This document shows positions 13,077 through 27,228 of a stretch of DNA of 64,000 bases, in pieces; the first letter of the stretch is position 1; the number at the start of each line of letters is the position of its first letter. A program made the position numbers and the translations under genes. The DNA is from Auanema rhodensis (Eukaryota > Animalia > Nematoda). Under the pieces are notes generated by a model, which saw only the letters and a program-made list of their open reading frames with translations, searched no databases and was not told the origin of the DNA. The DNA lies in the NCBI GenBank assembly GCA_964057225.1, contig OZ059895.1, positions 6,138,001 to 6,202,000 on the forward strand, written 5' to 3'.

Positions 13077-14624
13077 TTAATATTGCTTAGTCATCGTTGG
13101 CTTAGGATGATAGAAAAGATTTGAATGCATAACAGTTTCTGACAGACTTCCAACCAAAGAAGGCTCATATACTCCATTGATATCAGTTATTTTACCTTCC
13201 AAAAGCGCAATATCTTTCAATGAATTTTCGATCTTAAACAATAAAACGAATATAATATGGTAAAATAAATAAATTTCTAACGTTTTTAAGCTCTTCCTCC
13301 AAACTCTCCTTTTTCTTATTATGTTCAGACATTTTTTCTTCCCTTTCGCTAATATATTTCTGATGCAAAGATGTAAGACGTTTTTCTTTTTCTTCTTCAA
13401 CTCTTAATTTCAATTGAGCTTCAGCCCACGCCTAAAATTTGCTTTTTTGTTATATTCATTGATTCGTATGAACGAAAAACCTTTCTTGTTTTAGCATGCT
13501 CAGGTTGTTTAGGTACATGATAAGCAATTTTCAATTCATTGATAACTCTTTCGAAAGCTTCGGCATCTTTTTCTCTGGAATAAAAAGTATTACATAACAC
13601 TTTATATTGTTTCAAAACCTAAGAATACGAAGCATCTTCCTTCTATGATTGACAAATAACCAAATTCGGTGTGTTAACCAAGTAGGTTTCTGAAATCAAA
13701 CCAATAAATCTTGTACAAATTTTCAAAAACCTTAGGTGTTGTTTTCCCGATTTCATCAACAAGTTGAGACCAATGTCTGATCAATGCTGTCATCCAAGCT
13801 ACTGAAATGTCCTTTCAATTAGTTAATTTAATAAATAACAGTTCCAACTTTTCATTTCCGGACTCTCCGCATCAAGTGAATGTCGATTAACTTTGCTGAT
13901 CATCAGATTTTTCCATTCTGTAGTTAAATCTCTTCTTGTTCCAAACTCAATACTAAAAAAATGTAAATTTAAATTTACAACAGCGAAAGAAAAAACCTGA
14001 AAATTTTTTTGACTGAATCAGGAGCATTCGCCAATTCATCCAAATCTTTATAAGCACTACGAGCTTGTGATTTGTCTACTTTTGGTAAACCAAATGTTAT
14101 ATGATCAGACACCTATTAACATAATTGTAAAGTATAGTTCAGAGAGCAAGATCATACCAAGTTATCAGCAGCTTTTAAACCCAAATCACGTTCAGATCCT
14201 ATTTTTTCATAGTATAGTTTCCCAAGTGCGGTAATATAATGATCATCTAAATAAATATATTAACAACGATAAAAAAATAATATTTAAAAAGTTGAAGAAA
14301 ACTATTTTTATCAAAATATAAAGTGTTGAATTATAATCTGAATTACGAAGAGAAATAAAAAATAAATTTACTCCTCAACATTATTTAAAAAACAAGAAAT
14401 AAATAAACAAATATAAAAATATTTCTTACCTAAAGGCAGCTTACGAGCTTGCTTTTCAAAATATTCAGGGTCTTGTTTTTCTGGTTCGGTTACCTAATAC
14501 GTTGATTTCTTTGTTTATTTTTTAACTAAAAACGAATTACCTTTTTATGGATATTGAAAAATGTAGTTCTACCCCTTGCTACACAAGGAGTAACATGAAA
14601 AGCTCTTCTACTTACGGCCTGCAT
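13077..14624 (-). CDS. mrps-15: Mitochondrial ribosomal protein S15
   Basis: Transit-peptide-like start MQAVSRRAFHVTPCVARGR. S15 core HSLDAESPEMK..AWMTALIRHW...LFVNHRRKMLRILREKDAEAFERVINELKI, then a coiled-coil C-terminus. Stop at 13077. Confidence 0.85.
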
Positions 14625-15356
14625 ACCCTGCAATATTACTTCCGTCCGCTCAGCGTAATTTTGATGCAGAGTGCAAAAGTAACCGACGGAATAAGTAACC
14701 AAATAAAAATTTTGAAAAAGATAAATTATATTATTAAATACATATATTTAAACAAAACCGACAGATATGTGTATTGTTAACAAAGTATTCAGCGAGAAAA
14801 TGGGATAATGGGAGAGAGACAAAGAGATGTTTAGAAAAAGAGAGAGAGAGAGAAAAGAGAAGAATTAAATTGTGTAAAACATACATGATAAAGTGTCACA
14901 GGGGTCTAACATATCACTATATCAAGGCATACAACGTTCCTTAGCTTCCAACATGGAAATGTTTGCAAATTGTTGATATAGACAAGAATTTAGTTGGGTA
15001 CACTATATAGGGAGTAGATAATTAAAGAAAGAGTATAAACGCCAACTAACAATTATCAAATCGCTTATTATCATATATATATATATTCTCAGAAAAAAGA
15101 CCGTTAAAGTTTGGTTAAAACGAGAAAGTGAGCTGAAAAGTGTATATGTTTGGCGGTTGTGTCTCGGCGACATATCTTGGTGGAAGTCATGAAGAAACCT
15201 AGCCTTAAATTTGAGCTACAGTGTTCGAGACGGAAGAAGTTTTTAAAATTGGCAAATAAATAATCGATAATTAGGTTATATATACGAGAAAATACAACAA
15301 TTATTTAAAAAAGAAATAATAATGGCTACTGTTCTTTCCGAGTTTGAGTATGTTGT

Positions 15357-18300
15357 TTACATATTCTCGTACTGGTCAATTCTACGCTTGGTGTTTCCTC
15401 CTCTGATCTGTCGTAATGTCTTGTACTTATCGCGTCCGGCTCGCTTATTCTCCATGTGTAAAACATCATAATCGGTAACTCCGCTATGATCCTTAACTCC
15501 TTCTAATTCTCTGGTGAGCATCTGAAAGATAAGAATATTGAATAAAACAAAAAAATAAAGCAGTTGTAAAAACCTCAAGTTTGTTCTTGATGTTCAAGTT
15601 CTGCTCAGCTGCAGTAACACGTTCCAACTCGCGCTGAGGTACATGTTGGTCAGCCTCGTTAGTCAAATCTAGAAGAGTGTGGTTCAGAATCAAAATATCA
15701 TGATAGAACTTCACAAAAAAAGCAGCTAAAAGTTCGACTAACCAGTTTGTCCATTTTCGTCCTCGTCAGTGTGATTATCCTCACGAGTAAGGATCGTGGA
15801 TTGAACGATATGATGATTATGATGATGATACTCAGCCTTTGTGTCAACTTCCTTCTGAAGGAGAGACATAGCTTCAGTTTGTCTTTCAACTTCATGACGC
15901 ATAGCATGAACCTGCATTATTTTTTCGATTAGATTGAAGTTTCAATTAAAACAAAACCTCTTCCTTTCTTTGAGAGACTTCCTCGCGAAGCTTCTTGCGC
16001 TCTTCATCACTCATCATCTTTTCAGATTGAAGTTGAGAAGTCAAGTCACGGAGTTCAGCCTCCTTAAGCTCCAAGTCATCCTTGGCCTAAACGAACACTC
16101 TCAAAACCACAAGAATATTAATGAAATTCACCTTCTGGAGCTGGCGTAGTTGATCCTCAAGATTAACAATAGTATTTTGAGCCATTTGCAATTCACGCTT
16201 GGTACGCTCCATCTCATCCTTCATTTGTTGCATGTGTAATTCAGCTTCACGTTGACGTGCTTCAGCTTGTTCACGAGCAGTAGTCTCCTAAAATATAAAG
16301 AATACTATCTACAATTCATACTATGCTATACTTTGTTGAGTCGTTCCTGTTCAGCCAACTTGAGTGCTCTCTCCTCGCTAGCTTGCTGCTTCATTTGTTG
16401 GACTTCGATGGTATCTGGCTTTCTTCTTCTCATGTAAAGCTCGTGGTTGCCCATGCAGAGAGCCAAAATTCTCTTGTTAATACGAAGGCGTGGAGCATAG
16501 AATACGAAATCCTAAAAATAGTACAAATTAGAAAGAAGCATTTACAATTAACAGAAATTCATTATGAAATAAACTTGCATTTGCTTTCTTATCAATAGGC
16601 TTAATGACAAACTTCTTATCATTGAATGAGATATTACGTATTTCAGACCAGGGAAATCCAACCTGTAATGGTATAGCATAATACATTGAAAATTCTAAAA
16701 GTTGAATGCCTTTGGTGAGAGACGATCTGTTTTCTCATAGATATTTAGACCTAAAGCGTCAACACCTAAGTATAATTCGGTACCCTTCTTGTTCTTGATA
16801 TCGAAATACTGAAGTAAAATCATGAGTAAGTTTTTGAGATAAATGATGAAAACTCACATTTACTCCATACATCTCTAAATCTTGAGCGATCTTTAAGTAC
16901 TCGAGCATTGCAATTTCACGGTTGACAGCTTTATGATCTGTCCACCAAGTCATAATACGATTCTCCCATTGATCAGGAGATAATGTATACTGTCCCAAAA
17001 CGCGTTGAGGAAGTAATCTACTAATCATAGATTATTTTTACATTAATACTGCAAGTATACTAACCTATCAGAAGTAAGACATCCAGGCTTATGAGTATCG
17101 GACTGATAGTCACCGTATTTAGCCTGCATAGCATAACTTGCCAAAAGCACAGAGGTTTCGGGAGGACAGTAAATTTCATCGGATAATATGGCTTCCTTGA
17201 CTTGCAAGTAGAAGAGACGCTGAAAAAAACATATATCACGACACATCTGTGTATTTTCTCATATTAAGTCTACAATTGTCAAGCATATGATGCTTAATCG
17301 ACCTATCAACACTGTATATGGTGATGATTCAAACTTTGAGCATGACTAATGGAATTTTATAACTGCATACGCATTGAAGAACATCAAAAAATAGTTTTTA
17401 TTCCTTTGACACAATTTTTGCATATTAATTGGCGACTTGCATGTGAAAGTTTTTCTAATAACTTTCAGAAATATCTTTATAAAGTTTGAGCGCAATCGCA
17501 CATATCAGTACGAAGAATTTAAAGTTTCTATCATAAAACGAATGTTGATGCGTGGATTCTATCAGAAATCATGAACTTGATATCAGTACGCGACCATCTG
17601 AGCACAAAATAAACCTAATTTCTCATGAAAAAAAACTTCTGTATTAAAACCTTGATAAAAATAACAAGATTTACAAGATTTTTTGTCACTAGCTAAATCT
17701 GAAATCTTAGCAACATTGAACAAAATCCCAAGACTTCCTTTTTAATTCATATATGAAAGTAATATTTTGAATGGCAAAACGGGCCAAAAACCAATTATTG
17801 GTTTTGCTTATCAATATCGATAACGTTGCACCTCGTTAGAAAATGGCAGTGATATCCTTGAATAGCAGAATAATGAAAACAAAAAAATTCATAGTATTCA
17901 GTGAAAATATCTCTTCTGGAGTATCCTGAATTCATCGGGATAATCCAATAACGTCAACGACTCCGTCGCAAAAAAAGGAAAGTGGCAACTCGTCAGTGCA
18001 ATATAAGCGGATGAACTTATCAAACCCAATTCCAAATTCACAAGTGAATCGAAAACCAAAGGACTCACAATATTGTAGTTTACCCAATTTGTGTTGCAAA
18101 AAGTTCAAAATGTAGATACTATTTCATACCATAGTAACGTCCTGGATAATTTCCTCTCCAACATCTTCAGGGTAGAATTTGGCACGGAACTTGAAGACTA
18201 AAGTAGAATCTTTCTTGACATCCTGGCTTAAGACTTTCTTGTTCAACTTGAGCCAAGTTGGGAATCCTAAAACATGTTTTATTAGAGAAACAATTAATAA

Positions 18301-19073
18301 TAGTTAATCATTTACCTTTGTTATCGGTGTATTGCAAACCGAAATACCAGATTTCCCGAAGTCCAATAGTCTTTACAACCTGAATAAAAGGAGAAATACT
18401 CAAAAAACTTATTTAAATCTTCAAACCTGATCGAAAAGTTGTTTGCCAGTGGTTGCCGATTGGATGGCAAACTCCAATTCGGCATCCATCGTTGTAACGC
18501 GGACATTGATCTGAAAATAAGATGAAGATATTAGAACCAATGGGTATCCTGGTATATCAATATGTTAACAAATTTTGGTGGATCTATTTGAAAATCATTG
18601 AATATTCACAAAACTCTCAACAATTCACTCATAAGTAAATTAATTATTCGAAGAAATAGCTGAGTTTGATTAAAAACAGGATTGAAGAGATGATGAATTG
18701 AGTATGAAAGAAAATAAACTTACATCTGTGGGAGCCATGCTTCAAACAAGGACTGAGAAAGAGAGAGCAAAACTGTGACGGACACAGCACCGCCCACTGA
18801 TGCTATACGGGCAGACACAAAAGAAGAGAGTCATGTTTCACCACAAACGGATTGGATTGTCACACAATAACAGTCCCAAGCATTGCTCTCTCCTTATCTA
18901 ATTCTTCATGTATACATTCTCTCATTCAGTCATCTACTCACACATATACAAACACACATACACATATAACTTCAAGCATTTTTTGTAATTAATGGGGAGG
19001 TGTTAATTGAAAAAAAATTTTGTGCTAAATTAGATAAAAACTAAATTTAAAAACTTACGGCTTTCTTAGACAT
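15357..19073 (-). CDS. erm-1: Ezrin/radixin/moesin ortholog
   Basis: FERM domain [48 protein letters not shown], then [41 protein letters not shown]-terminal actin-binding tail [26 protein letters not shown]. Confidence 0.97.
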
Positions 19074-22000
19074 TTTGTACGGAAGACTTGGGCCCGAAGC
19101 CTAAAATGTTCTCTATACTCCTTCGAAGACACTCGCAAGCTGAAAAATGAGCTTCAGACTTGATATAACAGAGAAAAACAGAAGAACAAAAGAACGAGTA
19201 AGATGAAGTAAAAGGCGGGAGGACATATCGAAATTATCGCAAAGAATGGTAACTTTTCTGTGTTGGCGCATACAATGTGTAAGGTAAAAGTAGAGGCGAG
19301 TAAACAAAGCATGTATACTTCGACGATAACGAGAACTATCCAATGAGAATCAGTATAGTATCATGGGCTATGCTCTGAACTAATGGAGGCAGTACAGGTT
19401 GTAATCGCAATTACTATAGTAGATTTCAAAATTTAGTAGCATTTCGGTGGAACCTGGAACATGATTCACCATCAGTGGGTTTTAGCAATGGAATGAAGAA
19501 AAGAGAAATATGGTACCAGGGAGAGAAAAAGAGTAGGAGAGAGAAAAATGACAAAAAAAAGAAAAAGTAGTAAGAGCAACTGTTCTATATATCGTCTTTG
19601 TTTATAATAACGAAGGCAAATAATTCGAATTTCATTGAAGAAACTTTTGAGTTCAATAAATTAAACAATTTGTTTTGTTTGATTTAATGTTAAATAATAT
19701 CATGAAAGTTCACATTCGTGTAAAAAATAATTTTCAAGTTTAAAAATATCCATCAACAAAGAAGGCAACAGAGAGACAAATACTGAAAATGATAGTTTCC
19801 ATCGCATCTGATGGCAATTGAAACATTCGGATTGGACTGCTGAAACCGAAAACATTAATAAATTTGAAGATGAAAAAAAGTTGTGATGACTATGATAAAG
19901 TTGATGATGACACTGATGTCTTAAGGACTTGTTTGTCCGCTTTGTGGTCGTGGTGGTTACAATGTATCAGTGGGAAAAGGACAAGAAACGTGTGAATCAA
20001 TGAAAACGTATGCAACAATGATTCCCACAATAAATAAAAAGGTACCCTGAAGAAACTATGATTTTAAAAAGAAAGAAAAAAAAGGCTCAGAATAAAATGT
20101 TTATCAGTTTCTGACACGATATTTGATGATAACATGCAGTTGGAATTTGAAGAACGAAACAGTCAGCTTTCGAAAAAATTAGAAGCAGAGTTTCGAAATA
20201 GACCAATTAGGTTAAGAGAAAGAATGTGACCATCGATGTTGGCGACAACAACGAAGACTGTGTGACACGGACTGCGCGCGCGTAGTCGCCGCTGTTTGAA
20301 ACATGAGCAAGAGCAAGAAAATATGTAGAACGATGAAAGCACAAGAGATGAAGAGCGCTGAAGAGAAATGAAGATCGAGATAATAGAGTATGAAGCTAAA
20401 GAGAGAGAAGGACGCAGAGTTTGCAGATTCAAAAAAGACGTAGGCCGGTTTCGGAAAAAGCTGGGTGAACCCTCACAAACACCACATGTGGACAGAAGAC
20501 CAAGCCAAATAATGAGTACGACAGAGGTGCGAAGAGTATTTCGATTGCCATTTTGCAATAGAATTACAGAATACAACAAAGCGCTCTGGATTATGCAAAT
20601 TGGAGCAGTTTGGCTTAAACTCCAAAGTTTTCTCTTCAATAGGCAATTCGAACAATATGAGTTAGAAAACGATAGTCGATAGACTACGCGAGAGGGGAAA
20701 AGAAAAATTATACGAATGAACATCATCGGTAAATCAAGAGAATGTGAGAGATAACTACAAAACCTCAAGTTAACACATGATGGATTGTAGATCTAGAATT
20801 AAGAATAAAATAGTAGTAAATTAGTAAGTTTGCAGGATTTGAAGACTATGTGTCCCCTGTTGTATGTGCGTGTCAATGCTGGGGGCAGTTTGTGCCAATA
20901 GATGATATCTATAGTTCGGGCTGTAGGGGAGTTGTGAGATCCGATATACAGCAAAAGAACAGAAGGAAGAGAGGAGACATGAAAGAGAAAAACAGAAAGA
21001 TAGAGAGAGAAGAGATTGCGTATGAGGCCAACGCCAATAACTCTCCAGCATCATTGCGACAGCCACAGTCAGTTCTTCATCGCTAGGCTGCATGACATAG
21101 GCAATAAAATTTTCATTCCATTTTCATATATATATATATGTTCTGTTATAAACGGTGGAAAGTGACTAAAGCGCTTCGTTGTTGTAGGGTAATAGACAGT
21201 CTTTTTTTAGAGTAGGCGGCAACTAAGTTCGTTTGATAACGAGCTGGGTTTTTTTTGGACACAAACAGCTGGGCATGAAATCATCACGCAATAGCATGAG
21301 ATCCATTTCAATCGGAAAATGGAAAAAATGAGGAAATAAACTTGTTTAAAAGATATATAAAGAGAGGTTTCTAAGAAGGAAGAAGGAAAAGAGACGGAAG
21401 ATATAAGAAATAAAATATTGAATCTAACTGTTGATTCATCTAATAGGAATGAACCAGTGGACAAAGAAACAGCTGTTTAAGCCTCTTCACATCACTTCCT
21501 AAAATAGCAAATAACATGACGCCACAAAAAGTAAAGTTATCAATCAAGATCAAAAGTAAACTTTTCCTTCTACTACTAACATTTGTTGAACAACAAACGT
21601 ATGCTCTAGTGGAAGAGAAGCACGGAACTGTATTCATTGTATAGGTATTACCAGGTGGAGATAAAATTTTTGTTACATATCCGGATGTGATGGAGACAAA
21701 TATTTCTTAATATGATATGTCATAGCGAACGACACAGAAATCATAGTGAACAGAAGAACATTGCTATACTTGGAGAAGAAAGACAAGGCAATTAGAAATA
21801 AAGGGGGGGGGGCAGAAAACGATTTCAAGAGAAGGGAGGAAAGGAGAGAAAAGGGGAAGCGAGGTCTTTTTCTCTCTCTCTCTCTCTCTCCCTCTTTCTC
21901 TTATCCCTCTTTCGCCTTCATACTATCGGCGATGTGACATCGATACAACACATTTCGCATCCACAAGGTTAACGATATCCGTAAAAACAAAATCCCGCCG

Positions 22001-23130
22001 AGATTGGAACGTTAACACTTACAGACTGTAATATATATGTACATGAAGATAAAAATATTAATAGAATTCTAGAATTAAAAGAAATACATAGATAAATAAG
22101 AAAATCGTTATGTACCATTTTGAAGACAGCCTATATTAAACGACCTCACTCATCCTTATCTTCAATTTGCGCAAAAGCGTCAGTGTCATTTGGCGGGAAC
22201 GTCAGGATTTTAAAAAATTAAAACAAAGACTCAGTAATAGTGGTTTGAGTGAAATAAATCAATAGGCGTAAAGTTGCATATTCTTATGATTTTTGAGGAG
22301 GTAGTTGGACCACAGAAAGTGAAGATGAAGACCTAAGTTGACCCTAGACCCTAGCGGCACCGACCCATTTAGCAACGGTCTATCGGTCGACGACGTGTAG
22401 TCCCGAGGTAATCCGTTAGCATCGAGGAACGAAGCGAGTCGACGTACAAACAAATAGTCAAAGAGGGAGGCAAAAGAGAGACTGAAATAACGAGGGAAAA
22501 ACATGGAAGATGACGATTTGGAGATGGTTTGCACGAATGGCTTAGAGAATTCCCTCCATTCAACTAAGCGTATGAAGCAGAAATGTTCAGTCTCAATGTG
22601 TTCACCTAATAGAAATATAGTTGTTGAAAAAGGTGAACTTTACGGGTTGAATGGAAGGTTCTCGAATAACCAAATGTATACTGAAAATCTAGACTTTGTT
22701 TATTTATAATTTACGTTTTTTAGTGTATTCTTGGGTAGGTACTACTATTACTACTAAGAAAATACTTTGTTAAGGGAGCTCACTGACATCAAAAAACAAA
22801 TGTACAGATTATAAGTATATGTATATATCCTAAACTGCATAAAGCAATATAGAATATGTAAAAGGGCAGATGAACAATGTGAGTCAGCATACGACCATGT
22901 GAAGAAATGGGGAGGACCAAAACGTCGTAAAGAGATGAAGAATCAAAGAGGGAAGAAGGCGGAGTCCAGATGAGGTAAGTGACCATCACCTTTCATACAT
23001 GTTCAGCTAACAGGTCTTCATGAAGGAGCCTGAGGCGACAGTCACAGAGAGGTTTCGGAACTGTCTTTCATCAGAATAGGGCGGTAATAGGAAAGGTTCA
23101 TGTCCCTTGCTATCTAGTCTTCTCATATCT

Positions 23131-23220
23131 CTCTATCTCTCTCTTCAAAACTCTTTCTCTCTTTCTTTCTCTCTATCTCTCTCTTCAAAACTCTTTCTCT
23201 CTTTCTTTCTCTCTATCTCT
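23131..23220. repeat. Perfect 40-bp tandem duplication (2.25 copies) in a pyrimidine tract
   Basis: ctctatctctctcttcaaaactctttctctctttctttct at 23131-23170 and 23171-23210, plus a partial third copy. Confidence 0.9.
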
Positions 23221-25279
23221 TTTATCTTTACTTGAAAGCGCCAGGGTTGTTGTACTGGTCCTTATTTCCATTTCCTGCGTACAGGCCCGCCTCCTGCTCA
23301 ACATCACCCATATAATTGTTTTTTTAAACTTAATTTATGCAAATTTTTTGATAAAAAAGGAAGTACATGTGTGTACATTACAGTTGGGGCTAGTCGGCAA
23401 ACCACACAAATGAGCCATTTAAAACTGTTCCCTCGTTCTAATCTTTCTTTTTGTTTCCTATTATTTCTCTTACGTTTAGTCTGAGTCTCGCCTCGGGGAC
23501 ATGCCCAAGGTCAATGAAATCTTGCCGAGAACGAAAATAGTATATGAGGGAAAGAGATCACAATAACAAGAGAAAATTGAAGAGAAGTTAGAATAAGCGA
23601 TGAATTAGACCAATAAAGAAATTGGAACTGTGTATGATTAGAATAAATAGAGAGAAATAAATATTTGAAAATATCTGAGGATAATCTGTATCTGTTCTTC
23701 ATTATTCAACGATGTTCAGCTTAAATGTTTATAGTTTGAAAGAGAAATGAATAAGAATTACATTGATCAACTGAAATAATATATTATTTTGAACTTTATT
23801 TACTTTGACATTAAGAAGACGATTAGTAGGTGCAAATGTTTATAAAATAAAAATAATATTATCTTATAGACATAGATATGTTAGCCTAATAAATGATATA
23901 AAACGTAGTTTGATGATAAACATAAAGGTTTTCATTCATTCATTAGGTCACTAAATAGCTGATTCATATTGAAAACTATAGAAGAAGAGCATAATTTGAT
24001 GTTGTTTTAATGTTTGTTTTGATTATTCAAAAAGTGTATGTATATATGTACAGATGGGAAAGAAATCATCTGATTTTCATTCAAACAGTAATTTGTTAGG
24101 CTAGACGGAGGGCCACGTTGTTACTAACAATCTCAAACCACCTTCAATAACTGTTCTTCATCTTCTTTCTCATCTAATTCTATTTTTCTTATTTGAGTTC
24201 CGAAAGAAAAGACAAACAGTTTGATGGATGGACTGATTGTTGCCTGAAATGCAGGGGAAGCGTTTCCCAGCTAATTCGTCGTGAACTGCCATAATTGACT
24301 GGATACAAATGCATATTTGGAAATTTAACTACATGTGTTATGGGGAAGAAGATGAAGTTTTTTGCTTAGCTGATCCGGCTTTTAGAAAAAGCAAGATGAA
24401 GAAAGAAGTTATATTACCGTGTTCACTTTTTCGAAAATAGCTTTTAAGGCAACTGTATTAAGAAAACGACTATCATGTCATCTTCGTTATCGCCAGATGT
24501 CAGTTGTCGTCATCATTATTTGAAATGCTTGGGAAATATACATACATATATCCCATATGTATGTGATGATGGTTGCGAAAAAGGTGCGCTTCTATTCATT
24601 TTGACATCGGCATCAGTATAGAGATGACAAATCAGAGAAAAATTGCAACAGGAATAGTTATATGTATATGGTATGAATGTATTACATACAATATGACGTG
24701 AAATATCATCAGAAACTGAAGAAGACTGACATTGGCCGATAGTAATATATCGTTAATCCAGTTATAAGCAGATGAATGACAGGAGAAATACATGCAAACG
24801 ATACGATAAGATGTTCAAAGATGGATATAAGGCTTGTTACATATCCTCCATACATCATTCGTAAGAGAAATAATTTTCTGAGAAAAAAAAAGTAAAGAAG
24901 ACAGGAAATAAGAAGCATCATTCAGAATGCTACAGTCCTGAATAGAAAGATAAAAAGAAAAAGGTTGATCATTTAATGATGATGTACAAGTTATAAATAG
25001 AAATAATAATCGAAACCATTTATATAAAAAATTATATATAATTATATAATAATAATAAAACAATATTAATCAATATTTAATGTTTCATTTTATCATTTTT
25101 TATTGCGGATACCCGTTAGATGAAACAAAAATTATGAATAAATATTACAACTTTTAATAAGAAAAACAAATTCTTTTTGTTTTAGTCTCAATATTTCAAA
25201 AGGCACACACACACACACTCTCATACATATAACACACGCGGTCATAACTTCATGCTTCAAATAGGTTGTTGTGTCCAGC

Positions 25280-27228
25280 TTAAACAAACTCTGGCTGTAC
25301 GTCATCGTCCAAGTTTAATCCTGAGTATCCAAATTGGAATGGTGGTCCGTGGTTATTATGACGACGGAAGCGACGATAAGCAAAGATAACTGAAAAAAAA
25401 CACATTTAAATAGACAATAAATAACAATTAATAAAGAGATATATGTAAATAAATAATTGTAAAATTGATGTAGAACGTGACGATAGTACTGTTAGTTTTA
25501 TAAGATAAGTACCTGTTGCTCCGATAAGCAGCATGACGAGAAATGTTCCAAATCCATAGCCACTTGTTTGACAAAGGTTAATCCTCAATTCAAATAAGTT
25601 CTGTCCTTTAAGTTCTGGCGGACCAGCACAGTATGTATGACCCTGAAGCGTCGGCATTTATATATTATTAGTATAATGTGACAGTTAGCATTTATGTTGA
25701 TATTAAATTGAAGAAGATGATTCAGACAATCCTTACATTAAACATATTTTTATTCATTTTTTCTCTTTTAGAATAAGATAGCACAAATAAAATGAGAAAA
25801 AAAGTGAGAAAAATGAATAAATGTTGTTATAGTATCTAATAGTTTTTCATTTTTTTTTTGAAACAAAACAAAAACAACAGAATTGTAATTTCAAATTCAA
25901 AAAAAAAAGAAAGGATAATTTCATTTCTATGTACTGTATCAAATAAATATTTCATTTGAATAACTAATAAAATAAAAATCGGTTGCATTGAATTGTATTT
26001 ATGTATAATAATATTATTATATACTATATAGTACTAATAAATTAAGTTTATAAAAGAATATTTTATACCTGATTTGCAAAATCATTGTTTTCCGTTCGTG
26101 CTATATGTAGGAAAGGTTGAAGTTCACAATCACATTCAATAGGATTATTAGAGATATCGAGTAAAGTCATCATTGGTAGTGATTCCCATAATGATACTGG
26201 TAACTAAATAAGTTCCAATTAATCTTAACTATACTATGTATATTTACTTTTTTAAGTTTATTTCCACTCAAATTAAGGGCTTTTAAGGTTCTTAAACAAT
26301 TTGGTGAAGCAGAAAATGAAGTCAAATTGTTGTTTGATAGATCTAGTCGAATTAATCCGCTGATCTGAAATGATTATTATAACTTTAGAAAAGTTAAGTT
26401 TTGATGATGAGGTTTGTTATCCTCTAACAAACCTTGCAGAAAGTATCATTATGAAGAATAGAAATATCATTATCACTGAGAATTATTTCAGTTAAATCAG
26501 GATATGATCCTGGATCTTGAGCATCAAACATGAGGGATAGTAAATCAGCTTTGCTTCCACCCGATCTGATACCAAGAGCATTTTTCATATCCAAGCGTCG
26601 AAGACTATAAACGAAGAAAAACATTTAAAAAACTCGATGAGAAGAAAAACAAAACAAACCGTTGAAGTGGCCGGAAAGTATCTTTGCCAGCTTTTACAAT
26701 CTCATTATCAGCTAAGTGAAGATATTCCACAGCAGGTACATTCTCAAAGGTTTCCGAAGATAATTCAGTTATATCATTATCTGTCATGTTAATTAAAGAA
26801 ACAGATTTAAGTATTGGACCTTAAAAAATAAAAATATTTATATTGTGAAATAGTAGATTGATATCTAACTTGTTTTAAAAATATTATATCCAATATCTCT
26901 GAAATCATTTCCAGTAAAGACAATAGTCTCTAAATATGGAAATGCTTTGCTTTGTACCTGTAAATAAGAAATAAATAAAACTTTTTCTGTAAGATAATTA
27001 GAAAATTACTTGATTGAAGACACCACTTGTCCAATGTGTTCCTCTACAAACTATATTAGTACGATCACAATGACAACGTTGTGGGCAAGATGCTTCTTCA
27101 TTTGTAGGCAGATGACTACGTGAACGCTCTGAATAGATCATTAAATCTTTGAAAATGATTAGTAACAAACCTGCTAATGTAGGAAATACTAGTAGAATAT
27201 AAGTTAATATGATAATTCGAACAATCAT
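25280..27228 (-). CDS. Leucine-rich-repeat single-pass membrane protein (lron / TPBG-like architecture)
   Basis: Signal peptide MIVRIIILTYILLVFPTLA, LRR-NT CPQRCHC, LRRs (VEYLHLADNEI, LTEIILSDNDI, LDLSNNNL, LDISNNPIECDC), LRR-CT CAGPPELKG, TM FGTFLVMLLIGATVIFAY and cytoplasmic tail ...YSGLNLDDDVQPEFV*. Confidence 0.85.

Noticed and set aside
20163-20768. 201-aa minus-strand ORF and overlapping 104-aa plus-strand ORF upstream of erm-1
   Set aside because: Low-complexity L/S/F composition from GA-rich sequence, no recognisable domain and no coherent splice chain; likely regulatory DNA.
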